Assembly (NCBI RefSeq): GCF_964355755.1
Contig: NC_092674.1
Location: forward strand, 27,466,001 to 27,530,000
DNA: 64,000 nt
Direction: 5' to 3'
DNA from: Antedon mediterranea
Lineage: Eukaryota > Animalia > Echinodermata
Position numbers and translations under genes: made by a program. The notes beneath the pieces are model-generated. The model worked only from the letters and a program-made list of their open reading frames with translations, did not search any database and was not told the DNA's origin. Positions 1 to 11,739 of this stretch are shown piece by piece (position 1 is the first letter of the stretch; each line of letters begins with the position of its first letter).

Positions 1-3
1 CAG

Positions 4-542
4 AGTTCATTGATGCACCTCATACCATGCTTCATGCTCCTACGGTGGAAAGATATTTTTGCTACAGCGACACGAAATACGTAAGTAGTTTGGACAATAA
101 TGATCCGAGTTGTCGCTTGTGATTGGGCAAATTACATTGTGTAACGAGCGCATACGTACGTATAGTGGGAACTAATTTTAATTGTCAAATTAAAACGCAT
201 ATTACTTGTACTTTCTCATTAAATTATCAATTCAAATGTATATTAAACTTGATGCTATTTTTTGTTGATTGAAGGCGGTGCCTTTACAAGCAATCTCCAT
301 TAACGTCTCCAAAATATTAGACAAAAACACAATTTTCATTCCATTCTAATTTACTATCATCATAAAGTAATGACACGTGATGTTTTTCTGTTTGTACTAA
401 AAACATTGCAGTGTACACTCAAGGAATTAATACATAATACGGTATTATGGTTTAAAAACGTTTGTAGAGGGCAGTACAGTCAATCTTTACTCACGTCTTT
501 ACTCGAGTTGAACAAAACGCAAGAACCAGACGAGGCAAATGA
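4..542 (+). CDS. Probable last two coding exons (4-80, 468-542) of a gene entering from the left; unknown protein with a small-GTPase-like C-terminal pattern
   Basis: Strong donor TAC|GTAAGT at 80/81 and acceptor TTTGTAG at 467. The phase-0 join reads FIDAPHTMLHAPTVERYFCYSDTKY|RAVQSIFTHVFTRVEQNARTRRGK*. A second frame is also open across the junction, so the frame is uncertain. Confidence 0.4.
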
Positions 543-594
543 AACTAACTACAACTAATTGTAGTTACATTGTATTACTCACTAGTAAGTGAGT

Positions 595-908
595 GAGTGA
601 GTGGCCGAGTGGTTAAGACAGTGGTACCGTAATTACGTAGCCATAAAATCGGCAGGGGTTCGAGGGTCACTCACTCCATGGTTCTGGTGGTAGAACGAGT
701 CTTCTCAGATAAGAACTATACACCGTAGGTCCAGTGTACACATCTAGCTCGTGTGCACTTTAAAGAACCTAGTACATCTTTCGAGACGAGTATAGGGGGT
801 TACCCCGGTGTATTAGTAAATCACAGCCACTGATCACCAACTGGGCCCTCTGGGAGACTAGTCATTGACTGAAGAGGTTACCCAGTATAAATATATATTT
901 CAATCAAT
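595..908 (+). mobile_element. tRNA-derived SINE with Deu/Nin-like central domain
   Basis: tRNA-like head: A box TGGCCGAGTGG (602-612), B box GGTTCGAG (657-664), acceptor-like pairing GAGTGAG/CTCACTC. Body GTCTTCTCAGATAAGAAC..ACCGTAGGTCC..CACTTTAAAGAACC..GAGTATAGGGGGTTACCCCGGTGT resembles the Deu-domain consensus as I recall it. AT-rich tail. Confidence 0.75.
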
Positions 909-1233
909 AATGATTTATTGCAGCAGTATAATATATCCTATTTAATACTCTTTAAACGAGTATACGTCGCATTTAAAAAAATAATAAATCTGTAGGCTAA
1001 TTACAAAACTGATGATAAAGATTATCATACAGACAGTTGCTGGTAAAAAATTACTGTATTTAAACGTAAAACAGGCAGTATACACGCGTGTAATTTTTGA
1101 GCGAAATGGTTGTTTGTTGGTTTCATTTATTTTCCACACATTGAACAAAAGGAACAGATATATGGACTAAAAGAAAAAATTAGCGTTGAAGTTGCATAAC
1201 AAGCCAGGCCTCGCAAGTAGTGTATAAGCTTAA

Positions 1234-1578
1234 AGATGTATTGTCCCCACAAAAACATGAAAAAAGAAGATTAATTAAATTAGACTTTGAATAGTTTATT
1301 TTGTAGTTTTAATAAAGTTAATCACTTATGTAGAAAAAAAAACGATGAAGAAAAATGTTTTCACTTATAAAATAACATGATAAATGGTTAAATTCAACCA
1401 AAAATCTATTGGCTGGCAGCCAATTTGACCATTTTTTGCCTTAAATTACATTTTTTTCAGGTAAATAAATTTTGTTTCGATCTAATTGTTGGTCAAAGTG
1501 GATAACTATTATGTGAAATTAAAATTTCATATTCAACAAAAAAAAAAAAAATTTTTTTTTCAGGGGGACAATACATCT
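1234..1578. mobile_element. Non-autonomous TIR element (Kolobok-like: TTAA target duplication, AG..CT ends)
   Basis: Perfect TIR AGATGTATTGTCCCC..GGGGACAATACATCT, flanked by TTAA at 1230-1233 and 1579-1582. Related partial copies at ~13181-13470 (reverse), ~22610-22840 and ~27840-28110. Confidence 0.8.
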
Positions 1579-2728
1579 TTAACAAATGCATTAATGCTAC
1601 CTGTAACTCACTTGAATTTCACCTCGCTACATTTGTTTACGTTTTTTTACGGGTAACTGACTTATTCAATTATATATAAATATAAGTAAATACTTTTTGA
1701 ATAAAAAAATAAATAAAGTTGCTCGACGGATAAAATTAAGCTATACCACACGCAACCAAAGGACATTAACTTCTTTTAGAGGAAAAAAGTTTTACATGTT
1801 TAAGATAATACCACAAAGTGAACGTGTAATCCAGAAAAGACGTACCGGAAAACATATTAAACTGAGCTAACATAATATTTACAAATCGCAATAAATCATT
1901 TCATTAAAAAAAATAAAGATTAAGTTTGGTGTAATTAAACCACAAAACGGAAACAAACATCTTTAAAAAAGTAAGCACATATTCAACATAAAATACATAC
2001 AATGTTATCTAACATCAAGACACACATATTATGTTTTAAAAAACCTATTTTCTGGATTTACGCAGAACGGACGCGAGTATTATTGAGCTATTGCGCATGT
2101 GTACAGGGAAGAATGATGTTATTTCTCTGTAGCGAGTACTTTAAAGCGACACATGCGGATGAAAGAGAGATTCAAATCGTACCATTACTTTATCTTGTAA
2201 TCTTTTCTCCGAATCTAAGTCTAAAACCAATTTATTTCTGTAAAGTAGCTGAGAGTTTAACTTCCTAGTTCATTACGTAAGAATAATTGGTTAAGGCCAT
2301 CATTTTTTTTTAAGCAACACATTGTTACTTCCTCCACAGAATTGACAAAACTGGCCTACAAATAAATATTAAACAATAATAATGGTGAAAAATCATAGCA
2401 ATAAAGGGCGCCACCTATCGAAAATATTGCATATAACTATGAGCCAATCATAGTGAATATCCATCAACAGGATGTGTTTTTAGAATAACCTTAATAAATA
2501 ATAGTAAATGTTGGTTGTGCGTTTGTACGTATAACAGCGGATAGAAAGTACCAATATAAAACATACATTAGCATAAGGTAAATACTACGTTGACAATAAT
2601 GCCGATCTAATATAATCGGCTATATACAATCTTTGAATATAATACACAGTGCGAATCACATAATATTGAACTTTGGTGTGTACTCATTTAGTACGTGTTG
2701 TAAAGTTCAATGAGTATGGGACGCCGGA

Positions 2729-3677
2729 CCGGACGCGATTTTTTTTTTCGTACATAAGTTGGGGACCCCTCATGAAACGTCACAAAATAAACATGAATAA
2801 TTCATCAGTTAAATTTGTTGTTCCGTGTGCACCCAAGCGTATAGCAACAAGAAGTGATTACACAACTGCGATACGATACTTTCTACAGTAGGCCTAGAAT
2901 AAGTCAATTCACGTGATTGCCTTCGCGCACTCTTCTTCACACAAAATGTGTCGAGTCGAGGCTAATCGACAGCTAGGCAAGACATTAAACTAAGTAGTAA
3001 TTCATTGGACATAGCCCAAAGAAAGCTTAGACCCACAAGAATAAAGAATGTGTATAATTTGTGTACTGTATTTTTTTAATTCTGCTATTTTATTATCAAA
3101 CAATATGCATGATGTACTCAAAGGAACTTAAAAAATGCGCGTATATGAACACATGAGATGGGAAGATTTGACCCACGAGAATAAAAAATGTATTTTTGTG
3201 TAATTTATTGTTTAATTTTGCTGACTTATTACTCGGATTGTGTCATACCAAAGATAACTATCTTTGGTCATACCTAACACACACACGTCACACACACCCA
3301 CAGCTACTACTAGAATAGACATGGGTTTAGAGACTAATAATTAGGCATAATAGTATTAATACATAATAGTATTAATAGAAACTATAATTTTAACACGTAA
3401 TTCTTTAGTAATAAATTATATTAAAAACACCATAAACTAAAGGCTGATTATTTCGACAATCCACACAAAACGCCGCTATCTTCTATGAAATCGCACGTCG
3501 CAACAACAGCGGAGATAGGCCTAGAATCGTACCGCACTTGTGTAATCACTTCTTGTTGCTATACGCTTGGGTGCACACGGAACAAGAAAATTTAACTGAT
3601 GAATTATTCATGTTTATTTTGTGACGTTTCATGAGGGGGTCCGCAACTTATGTACGAAAAAAAAAATCGCGGACCGG
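2729..3677. mobile_element. Non-autonomous element with ~150-bp inverted arms
   Basis: ~2729-2878 is the near-identical reverse complement of ~3527-3677 (e.g. CATGAAACGTCACAAAATAAACATGAATAATTCATCAG / CTGATGAATTATTCATGTTTATTTTGTGACGTTTCATG). No clear TSD found. Confidence 0.7.
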
Positions 3678-3727
3678 ACATGAATATATTACATACAGTA
3701 AACTACTGTTCATTTCAAATTCAACAC

Positions 3728-4942
3728 CTAGCCAGAATCTTTGACAGAATGTCGATCTTCCAGGGCGTATACTGAACTCGTGTTTGTGTTATCGGTTTCC
3801 ATACCAATCGAAGGCACGTCGCTTTTCTTCTTTGAGCAACCGAAAGCAATATAAAATGCTTTCCGGTAGCGAGCGTTGGTAACTTTATAAATTACTGGGT
3901 TAATAACCGAGTTACAGTACGTCAGCAGTCGAGCGAATAGAATGTATATTCGCCGTCCTTCTGGAGATAGAACTCGTGTGGTGCGGTGGCTGTCAAAAAT
4001 TAAAATCACCGAAAATATATTGAACGGTGACATGAGGGCGAAGAATACGGTTGTGTTGATTACGAGCATAGTGGCAACTTGGTTACGCGTTTTACGGTTT
4101 ATTTTAGCTCGTGGGTGACTTTCATCTTGAACGTTTCTATTTAGTTCTACGACTACTAACGAATACAAAACAGTGTTCACTATTAAAGCAACAAAGAACG
4201 GTACTGTGCGTAAAAAATCACCGTAAATGCGCGCTTTTACGTCAACGTAATTACAGACGACCCACTCATTTGGTAAACCTTCGTATTTCTCACCCTCTGG
4301 CCACGATAAACAGTACGATGATAATATGCAAAAGCAAGGTGTCATTGTCAACGCAAAACATGCAGAGACGACCCAAATGGAGATGATGACGTTACGACAG
4401 AGATTGGTACGGTCCATTTGCGCTGATTTGAACGGATAACAGATTGCATAATACCGTTCTATGGCCACTGCAGTAATAAGAAGCTCACATGTGAATAAGC
4501 AGGTGTAATTTAAAACATTGAGGGTAATACAACCAAACACAGACCTCGCCGAATGATCCTGTACCAGTTCTGACGTCATGTAAGACCATAGTTTGTCAGA
4601 AATAACAACAATGAGAAAAATCATATCACCGACTGCTAGGTTGACGAGATATGCGTTGGTCACCGTACGCATCGCGTTTACCTTACCGACGACAAACAGG
4701 AATGCAGAGTTTGTCGATAGGCCGAGTATCAATATTATGGGTAGCACGAAAACAGTGACGATCTCCTCAACTTCCATATATAGAAACGTAGCCGACATTT
4801 CTTCACTAAGATCGAAACAGTATTCACCGTCACTGTCGTTTGACGAAACTGCGTGTAGCTGTTGCGTAACTTTCTGATTTCCATCAAACCCCGCGGGCGT
4901 AAACTGTCGGATGATCTTCTTTATCAAAGTGCCGTCTGCCAT
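3728..4942 (-). CDS. Rhodopsin-family (class A) GPCR, TRH-receptor-like/orphan peptide receptor, single coding exon
   Basis: Seven hydrophobic segments; GLSTN (TM1), MRTVTNAYLVNLAVGD (TM2), ERYYAICYP (TM3), W in TM4, NSVINPVIY (TM7), RYRKAF helix 8. First ATG at 4942 (the track's start at 4960 is TTG). Probable 5'UTR intron (acceptor 4988, donor ~5638). Confidence 0.92.
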   Translation of the reverse strand: MADGTLIKKIIRQFTPAGFDGNQKVTQQLHAVSSNDSDGEYCFDLSEEMSATFLYMEVEEIVTVFVLPIILILGLSTNSAFLFVVGKVNAMRTVTNAYLVNLAVGDMIFLIVVISDKLWSYMTSELVQDHSARSVFGCITLNVLNYTCLFTCELLITAVAIERYYAICYPFKSAQMDRTNLCRNVIISIWVVSACFALTMTPCFCILSSYCLSWPEGEKYEGLPNEWVVCNYVDVKARIYGDFLRTVPFFVALIVNTVLYSLVVVELNRNVQDESHPRAKINRKTRNQVATMLVINTTVFFALMSPFNIFSVILIFDSHRTTRVLSPEGRRIYILFARLLTYCNSVINPVIYKVTNARYRKAFYIAFGCSKKKSDVPSIGMETDNTNTSSVYALEDRHSVKDSG

Positions 4943-6289
4943 TTCGGAATAATTTAGCAATGTGTTGCTGAACGTACCCTTTCAGTACTATAGGAATAAG
5001 AAAGATTTAATCAGAGAGAAAAAAAGATTGTTTAATAAACAATTCTGTAACATAAACTAGAAACATTTCTAAGATTAATCTAAGAAAATTAACAGTGGAT
5101 TTTTCAATCTAATTTTGTTTCTTTTATCAATTAGTAATAATAAAAAAGTATGTAAGCAAATTAAGAGGAGCGAAATATCAGAAAGCAAAAGCTTGAGAAC
5201 GACTGCTAAGAAGAAAAAAAAGGATTCGTAAAACATGAAAAAAGGCTTTGAAAAAAGTAACAAAAACAATGGAAACAGGAAAATACTAACCGATGAGGGC
5301 CAGAAGAGAAGACCAAAAAAAGAAGCAAAAGAGAGAAAAAAAAAAAGAACACATGCAGAAGAAATATCCCAACAAAGAAAAATCGTCTATTTCAAAAGAC
5401 TACAAACAAAAAGCAGAAAATAGTTACCGAAATACTAAAATAACCAAACGAAGTTGATTAACAATCAACCGAAGTGAATTTACATTTTATACCAACGTCC
5501 AATGGATACAAATACAGTACCTGTACTAATATTAATGGTCAAAAATGAACACCTGTCTAAAATCAAATGTTAACTCAAGGTAAATAAATTGATAATGTAT
5601 TTCTTAAAAGCATATTTTCAAATAGACGGTAAACTTACCAAAGACAGTCTTTCCCTGGCAAAGGAACTTAGAAGTTCTGAAGCCTGAACACAAACGTAGC
5701 CACCTCATATACAATTTAATAATCCTCGTTACAAACTATTTACCTACGGTGTTAATGGTTGTGCTACCTATAATAAATGTTGGTATCTAAATAATAAGTA
5801 ATATCCTCATACCAGAATCACTATCAAGATTTAATATAACGGGTTTATAATTATTTATGGAATATTGGAAATCAATTTTTTGAAAGGACATCTGTGCATT
5901 AATGAATTAATTTATCAGGCTAATGTCAAGAGGCGGGCCATATCACAGCCACTTGACGCAATACAACTGGCGTCGGTTGCATCAAGGTAGACCAGGATGT
6001 CTTGTACAAACGAGACTGTATGTTATTAATGATATAAGTGGTTTACACACCTGTCGTTAACCGCTATCGGAAGTACAGAGTTTCCAGGCAGTTTTCGGTA
6101 TACAGTACCACAGGACTGTAATCAAACTGTTTGCAGCAATGAAAGTACACATTTGAGTGAGAGTATTAACAATTAAAAATGAATAATGTTGCAGAAAATT
6201 ATCAAAACATACTTTACTTATTGGAAAGTAGATCTGCAGAAGTAGCAAGAGAAGATAGAATAGGAGAAATTGATGAATTACATTTTTTT

Positions 6290-6688
6290 GCTCAAACTAG
6301 CTTAATATCGTATTTGGAAACATTTTTAGACCATTTGAGCATTTCGACAAAACTTTTTCACACAAAACATCAAAGTGTACACAATAGCTTATTATCCCAT
6401 TTGGAGACGTTTTAAACCATATTGAGCATTTCGAAAAAAACTTGTTAACATAAAAACACAAAAGTGCTTAGAATAGCTTCAAATCGCATTTGGAGACGTT
6501 TTAGACCATTTTGAGCATTTCGATAGAACTTTTCACACAAAAATATCAAAGTGCTAAGAATAGCTTGAAATCGCATTTGGAGACGTTTTAAACCATTTTG
6601 TGCATTTCGATGAAAGTTGTTTACACAAATATATCAAAGTGCTTAAAATCACATTTGAAACCGTTTTAGACCATTTTGAGCATTTCCA
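6290..6688. repeat. Tandem repeat, ~88-90-bp unit, ~4.5 copies
   Basis: Recurrent TAGCTT..ATCGCATTTGGAGACGTTTTAGACCATTTTGAGCATTTCGA..CACACAAAA..CAAAGTG. Confidence 0.85.
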
Positions 6689-6691
6689 TAA

Positions 6692-6831
6692 AGGAAACTA
6701 AGATACGCAGGACAAATAATTAGAGGAAGCTTTGGTCCATTGTTAAAGCTTGCACTTGAGGGAAAGATCTGTGGGAAGGGTAGGGGAAGCCAAAGGTATC
6801 GTGGATGGGTGACATTAAAGAGTGGACTGGA
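6692..6831 (+). mobile_element. RTE-clade LINE C-terminal fragment (degenerate)
   Basis: Translates RKLRYAGQIIRGSFGPLLKLALEGKICGKGRGSQRYR/WMGDIKEWTG with one frameshift, matching the typical RTE ORF end RKLxYFGHIxR..LEGKIEGKRxRGRPRxRWxDDIKEWTG. Confidence 0.75.
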
Positions 6832-7872
6832 TTCATTTTATAAATAATCAGTCATTGCTTTTGAACATTGGCTATTTCAACAGCTGCAATTTAAGTGTTA
6901 TATATAAGCGTGTTTTGCCAATATAATTAAGAAAAATTAAGGTATAGATACCTCGACAAAACTTAGAATTAACGAATTTGATAGATTACTTCGAGTACAA
7001 ATTACGTTTACAACCGACTACGGTAAATATTTGCATGAACCGAATTAAGCTCATGTAAATAGATTACTTTAATTTTGGAAGGTTAATTGTGTAAAAAGGA
7101 CATGTGGTCAAATTCCCAGTAGATAATAATTACGTCATTCTCGTTTGTGATGTGGTATTTCCAAATACGTCGGTTAACATAATGTCGATATACGGTCTTA
7201 TGTAACCGACTAACGAATAGTTATTTATATTAGAAAATAGTTAATGAAAAAAGAAAACTTCATTTAGCCATTACGGCGCCATAAGTAAAATATTTAAACA
7301 CGTTAGGTAAAGGTAATATAGTTGTCAGAATGCATTGATTATAAAACTAACAGTGTTAATCATGTAATGATTTTCTGGGAACGTGTCAATATAAATACCA
7401 GCAATGGAAGAGCATTACTTTAACTGATCAGAAGTATTACTACAAAAGTGTGTTAAATTGAAGAGCTCTTGAAATGGTCAAGATACGTATCTTAGAATTA
7501 TTATTTAATTTGTTTACAAAGCGGTAAAACAAATGCCATATCGCTCCATTATACTCGTTCAAATATAGTTGCGATATCAACTAACCGACACTGATAACAT
7601 TGCACCACACATAAACCAAGACATTTTGGCATAAAGGACGACAAATTTAGCTGTAAAAACCAATATACGGACAATTCTGAAATTGACATTGAAAGCAAAT
7701 CAGGACTTTAAATTCGGTAACGTATACGCCGAGTGCGCAGCTATATTTTACCGGTTAATTTGTTTATTTTATGTATTCAAGATTCCCGAGTGTTTCACGA
7801 ATCTATTCCATAACTTTTATAAATATCTGATTACAAGAACAGTTCTTATTCAAATAGTCCCTAAATAACCAA

Positions 7873-9051
7873 ATGGAAGATTTCAATGAAACAGCTTTTG
7901 TGATTAACTGCCGAGAAAGTGGTTTATACGTTCAAAATGTATCTACACCTGAAACTGTGGAAAGACTTATATACACAAGAGCTGATCTAATCATCACGGG
8001 AATTGTGATGCCAATTCTCCTCGTATTTGGTTGGATCAGTAACTGGTCGTTTCTCTTCGTCGTATACCGTGTAAAATACATGCACACAATAACCAACTTA
8101 TACTTGGTAAATCTTGCTGTAAGTGATGTGACGTTTTTAAGTTTTGCAATTGGGGACAAATTGTGGAGATTTGCCTCCTCTGACGTGTATCTAGACAACG
8201 TTGGCAAAGACGTTGTTGATATATGTGTAATGTATCTGTTTATGAATGCCGCTTATTTTTCTGGACAGTTCTTGATAAGTATCATAGCTGTAGATCGTTA
8301 TTACGCCGTGTGTAAACCACTGCAACAGTATAAAGTAAACACCCTTACAAGAGCGGTGACCTGGATTGTTTGTAGCTGGTGTTTCGCCTTCGTTCTTGCG
8401 GCGTCGATGACTCCTGGGTACATCATACGAAAAACGGTTTGTATTCTTTGGCCAGACGATGAAAAATACGACGAATATCCACACACATATGTTTACTTCG
8501 CCACTTTATCCGACTCCGTTAAAGTTTACGTAGAAACGATTCAAACCGTACCGTTTTTTGTTAACGTAATATTCGAAACGGTATTGTACGTACTTATAAT
8601 AAACGGCTTGCACTCGCGAGTATCAACGCGCGCAAGTAATGGCATTTTTGGTGGAAAACTTACAGAAATCAGGAATCAGGTAACACGTATGTTGATTATC
8701 AACGGTGTAATGTATATTCTTCTCATGTCACCTTTTCAAGTGTATTCGTTGATGACAATGGCCAGTACGTTTCGTGAGGCAAGACTTACGAGAATACAGC
8801 TAAAAATGTTCCTATCTATCGCACGTGTGCTTGTATATTCAAACGCAGTCATAAACCCAATCATATACAGTTTATCGAGCAAGCGGTATCGCAAAGCGTT
8901 TGTTAGGGCGTTTAGTTGCAGAGGCTCTAACTTTCAAGGGGGTTCATTCTGTGCGTCTGCCAGTTACAAACGTCGCGGTACGCAAGCAACCAGCGTTAGG
9001 CGAACCGATTCGATATCTCCGAATGAAAGTAGCAACAGCACCTACTTTTAA
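7873..9051 (+). CDS. Rhodopsin-family (class A) GPCR, TRH-receptor-like/orphan peptide receptor, paralog of the 3728-4942 gene
   Basis: 392-aa ORF; N-terminal N-glycosylation sites (NET, NVS), MHTITNLYLVNLAVSD, DRYYAVCKP, NAVINPIIY, KRYRKAF. TATA-like TATAAAT at ~7390. Confidence 0.93.
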   Translation: MEDFNETAFVINCRESGLYVQNVSTPETVERLIYTRADLIITGIVMPILLVFGWISNWSFLFVVYRVKYMHTITNLYLVNLAVSDVTFLSFAIGDKLWRFASSDVYLDNVGKDVVDICVMYLFMNAAYFSGQFLISIIAVDRYYAVCKPLQQYKVNTLTRAVTWIVCSWCFAFVLAASMTPGYIIRKTVCILWPDDEKYDEYPHTYVYFATLSDSVKVYVETIQTVPFFVNVIFETVLYVLIINGLHSRVSTRASNGIFGGKLTEIRNQVTRMLIINGVMYILLMSPFQVYSLMTMASTFREARLTRIQLKMFLSIARVLVYSNAVINPIIYSLSSKRYRKAFVRAFSCRGSNFQGGSFCASASYKRRGTQATSVRRTDSISPNESSNSTYF

Positions 9052-9080
9052 GAACTAAACATTTCCAAACTAAATTATGT

Positions 9081-9236
9081 AGCCTCAGAAAGCATCGTAC
9101 GACGATGCCCGACGTCTTCAGATAGCGTGGCGTAGTTTTTAGGTCGTCAGGTCGTAAGGAGAACATGTTTAATTTTCTCTCGATGAGATGACTCGTCGGG
9201 CCTGGCCTCGTCGTACGACGCTGTCCGAATTGGCCT
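9081..9236. mobile_element. Degenerate hairpin MITE just after the GPCR2 stop
   Basis: AGCATCGTACGACGA..CCCGACG near the left end pairs with CGTCGGG..TCGTCGTACGACGCT near the right end. Confidence 0.6.
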
Positions 9237-9870
9237 ATAGTACTGTATGTATATTGAACGTGTATTCAAATTTTTAAAATCGTCCGTCGGTTTGGTCACG
9301 TTTCGGTCAAAATAATGGATTGGTAAAATAATTCACGTTAGTTTTATATAGAATATTGTAAACATACATTGTACATTTTATTCTGACATTATAGAATTGT
9401 TTTGTTCGAAATTAGTATTTAAAAATAACAGTTATATAAGAAAAATGTTTTTTTAAACAATTATAAATGTTTGACGACAAAACTCAACAGTTGAAAACAC
9501 GACGACTGTAGAGTTGTTTGAGAAATTAGAACTATTAGAGATTATTAGAAAATCATTGTAGGACAGTTAAACATTTCGCATTCATGGCACATTATCCTAG
9601 AGGCATCACATTACGAATTTAAATCCAACGTCATGCATTGTAATAATTACTTGAATTACGTTTACAGAATGATAAATGTACACTTGTCCTAATAAAGTTT
9701 CTGATTAATCATCTACAACTGCATACAATTCACGATCGATTGCCAATGATTGCTATATAAAGTAAGTAATAATATATGCATTCAATTATGTGTTTTTTAG
9801 GTTTGTATCTCGTGGAAGCAGTCCTAAGCACAGGGACGAGTGGGCGAAGTGACATGTTATTACAATATAA

Positions 9871-10009
9871 AGCTCTGTCAACACTATGAAACTTTATGTG
9901 ACAAAAAAAAAATGTGATGTGCTCATACGGACATGATGATGACATATCACTACCATATTTGGGCACAAACACTTTTTTGTCAAACTAGTTTGTTAGTGTA
10001 GACAGAGCT
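9871..10009. mobile_element. MITE family A (PIF/Harbinger-like), copy 1
   Basis: TIR AGCTCTGTC(T/A)ACACTAT..TAGTGTAGACAGAGCT with TAA/TTA flanks; 13 copies seen in the window. Confidence 0.85.
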
Positions 10010-11739
10010 TTAGAATATCACATGTTGTGTTAAGAAATAGTCTTAACATCACCACAGAATGTATAGTGTAGTCAAGATATTATACTAAAACCATGGAGAA
10101 AATAAGCATGCACGTAACAAGCTACAGTCACACTTTCACATGGCACTGTTCAATTCGTTATTATTATTTAACAAAACGGCGCCGTCTTCCGTTCCGTGAA
10201 ACGGAATAGATGCGAATGTATAGCTTTAGACCATAACATATTAGGCCTATTAATATTATGGGAAAGGTAACACCTTCAATTATGATTGTAACACTTTGTC
10301 AATTGTTATTACCGTGCTTCTTTTCGACCTCATTTTTAAAAAATTATGTTCGGAAGCAAAGCCGGCCGATACCAATGTTCGTGCTTATTCGCGCTTAGTA
10401 AGATTACGTGCAAAATCATATTGGACACGTACTACATGATGATTGTAATAATTATCTTGTGAAACAAAATATAAAGAATTTAACATTCCCTTCCAACTTG
10501 ATCACTTTAAACGGACAATTATTCTGTTTTTATTTTACTATACTCTTGCAAATCCTGTGGATGTTACTTACCAGGACTTTTTAGAAAGAACGTGTTTAAT
10601 TTACTGTATTTTATTTGTTATCGCACATCTCTGATACAGTGATAGTCAAGAACTCGGCTGGGTCGGATAACGAAGAGTATTATTATGCCACTCTCGTATC
10701 ACAGATTAAACATGTTTTAACATGTTTTAATATTTAAAAATATTTCACATTTAAAAGGCCTGAGTAACATTGTTTTCGGAGTATATAAAAAAAGGCCAAT
10801 CTAACTAGGGAAGAGTATTTTCCTCTTTTCAGATCTCACTACGTGTAATTGTGTACATTTTTTTTCTTCACGTATTCGACTGTATATTTGTTTGCATTAG
10901 GCTATGTTTCTATGAGTAATACCAATTTTCTATACGAAAAAAATTAACATAAATAATGCATTTTCAGGCCTATTTATTTAGGTATCAAATATAAATGTAG
11001 ACATAAACAACAATATAATACTGGACCAAGTCAACATAATGCAATATTATAATCTCTGACTCGCAACAAATAACCTTATTTTACCTTATAAATATAATAA
11101 TTGTTATGGGATTTCGTACAAAAACTTAATCATTATTCGAATTTTTTTTTCTGTTTTGTTTTTCTAATATTACATATTTCTAACATCTACGTAAAACGTA
11201 AACGAAACGTTAAATCGAAATTTGTATTTAAACTATTAAACATTCCTAAATAATCTTTTATTAAGAGTTCATCTTTAAACATACGTACTTCTAATTCTAT
11301 TGTACTGAAACAGAATACATCATACTATCCATCCAGGTGCATTAGTCTCATTATCACAATATGGTTTTCTAATATTTTTACAATTAATCAAATGAATGTT
11401 GTACTTTGTACTCAATGATACTGAAACTAAAAGACATCGTAATGTCTATTTAATTACTACAGTACTGTAGTTATCAAAATGAGAAAATTATGGTTCCAAT
11501 TAAAATGAGAATAGAATATTGTAAGTTAATAAATGAATACTATCAGTATACTGTGTATAATACTGTAGTAAAGTTAAGATAACAACAATCATTTAATTAT
11601 AATACAAGTGTTTAATTTGCATAGACTTTTCCATACTACGACCACTATCCTAAATATCCAATCCATAATTCAAATAGACAGTGCGGTTTTATACTACAGT
11701 ACTTTACAATTGTAACTGGTATTGGTTGTTTTAAGCAAA

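Noticed and set aside
595-678. Functional tRNA gene
   Set aside because: Anticodon and T arms pair poorly and the sequence continues into a SINE body.
3596-3635. Hammerhead core CTGATGA in the inverted arm
   Set aside because: No helix II followed by GAAA on the same strand.
4111-4877. Antisense ORFs over GPCR1 (and 7932-8486 over GPCR2)
   Set aside because: Shadow frames of real coding sequence with no independent features.
5075-5423. Lys-rich (+) and Leu/Phe-rich (-) short ORFs
   Set aside because: A-rich low-complexity tract in the probable GPCR1 5'UTR intron.
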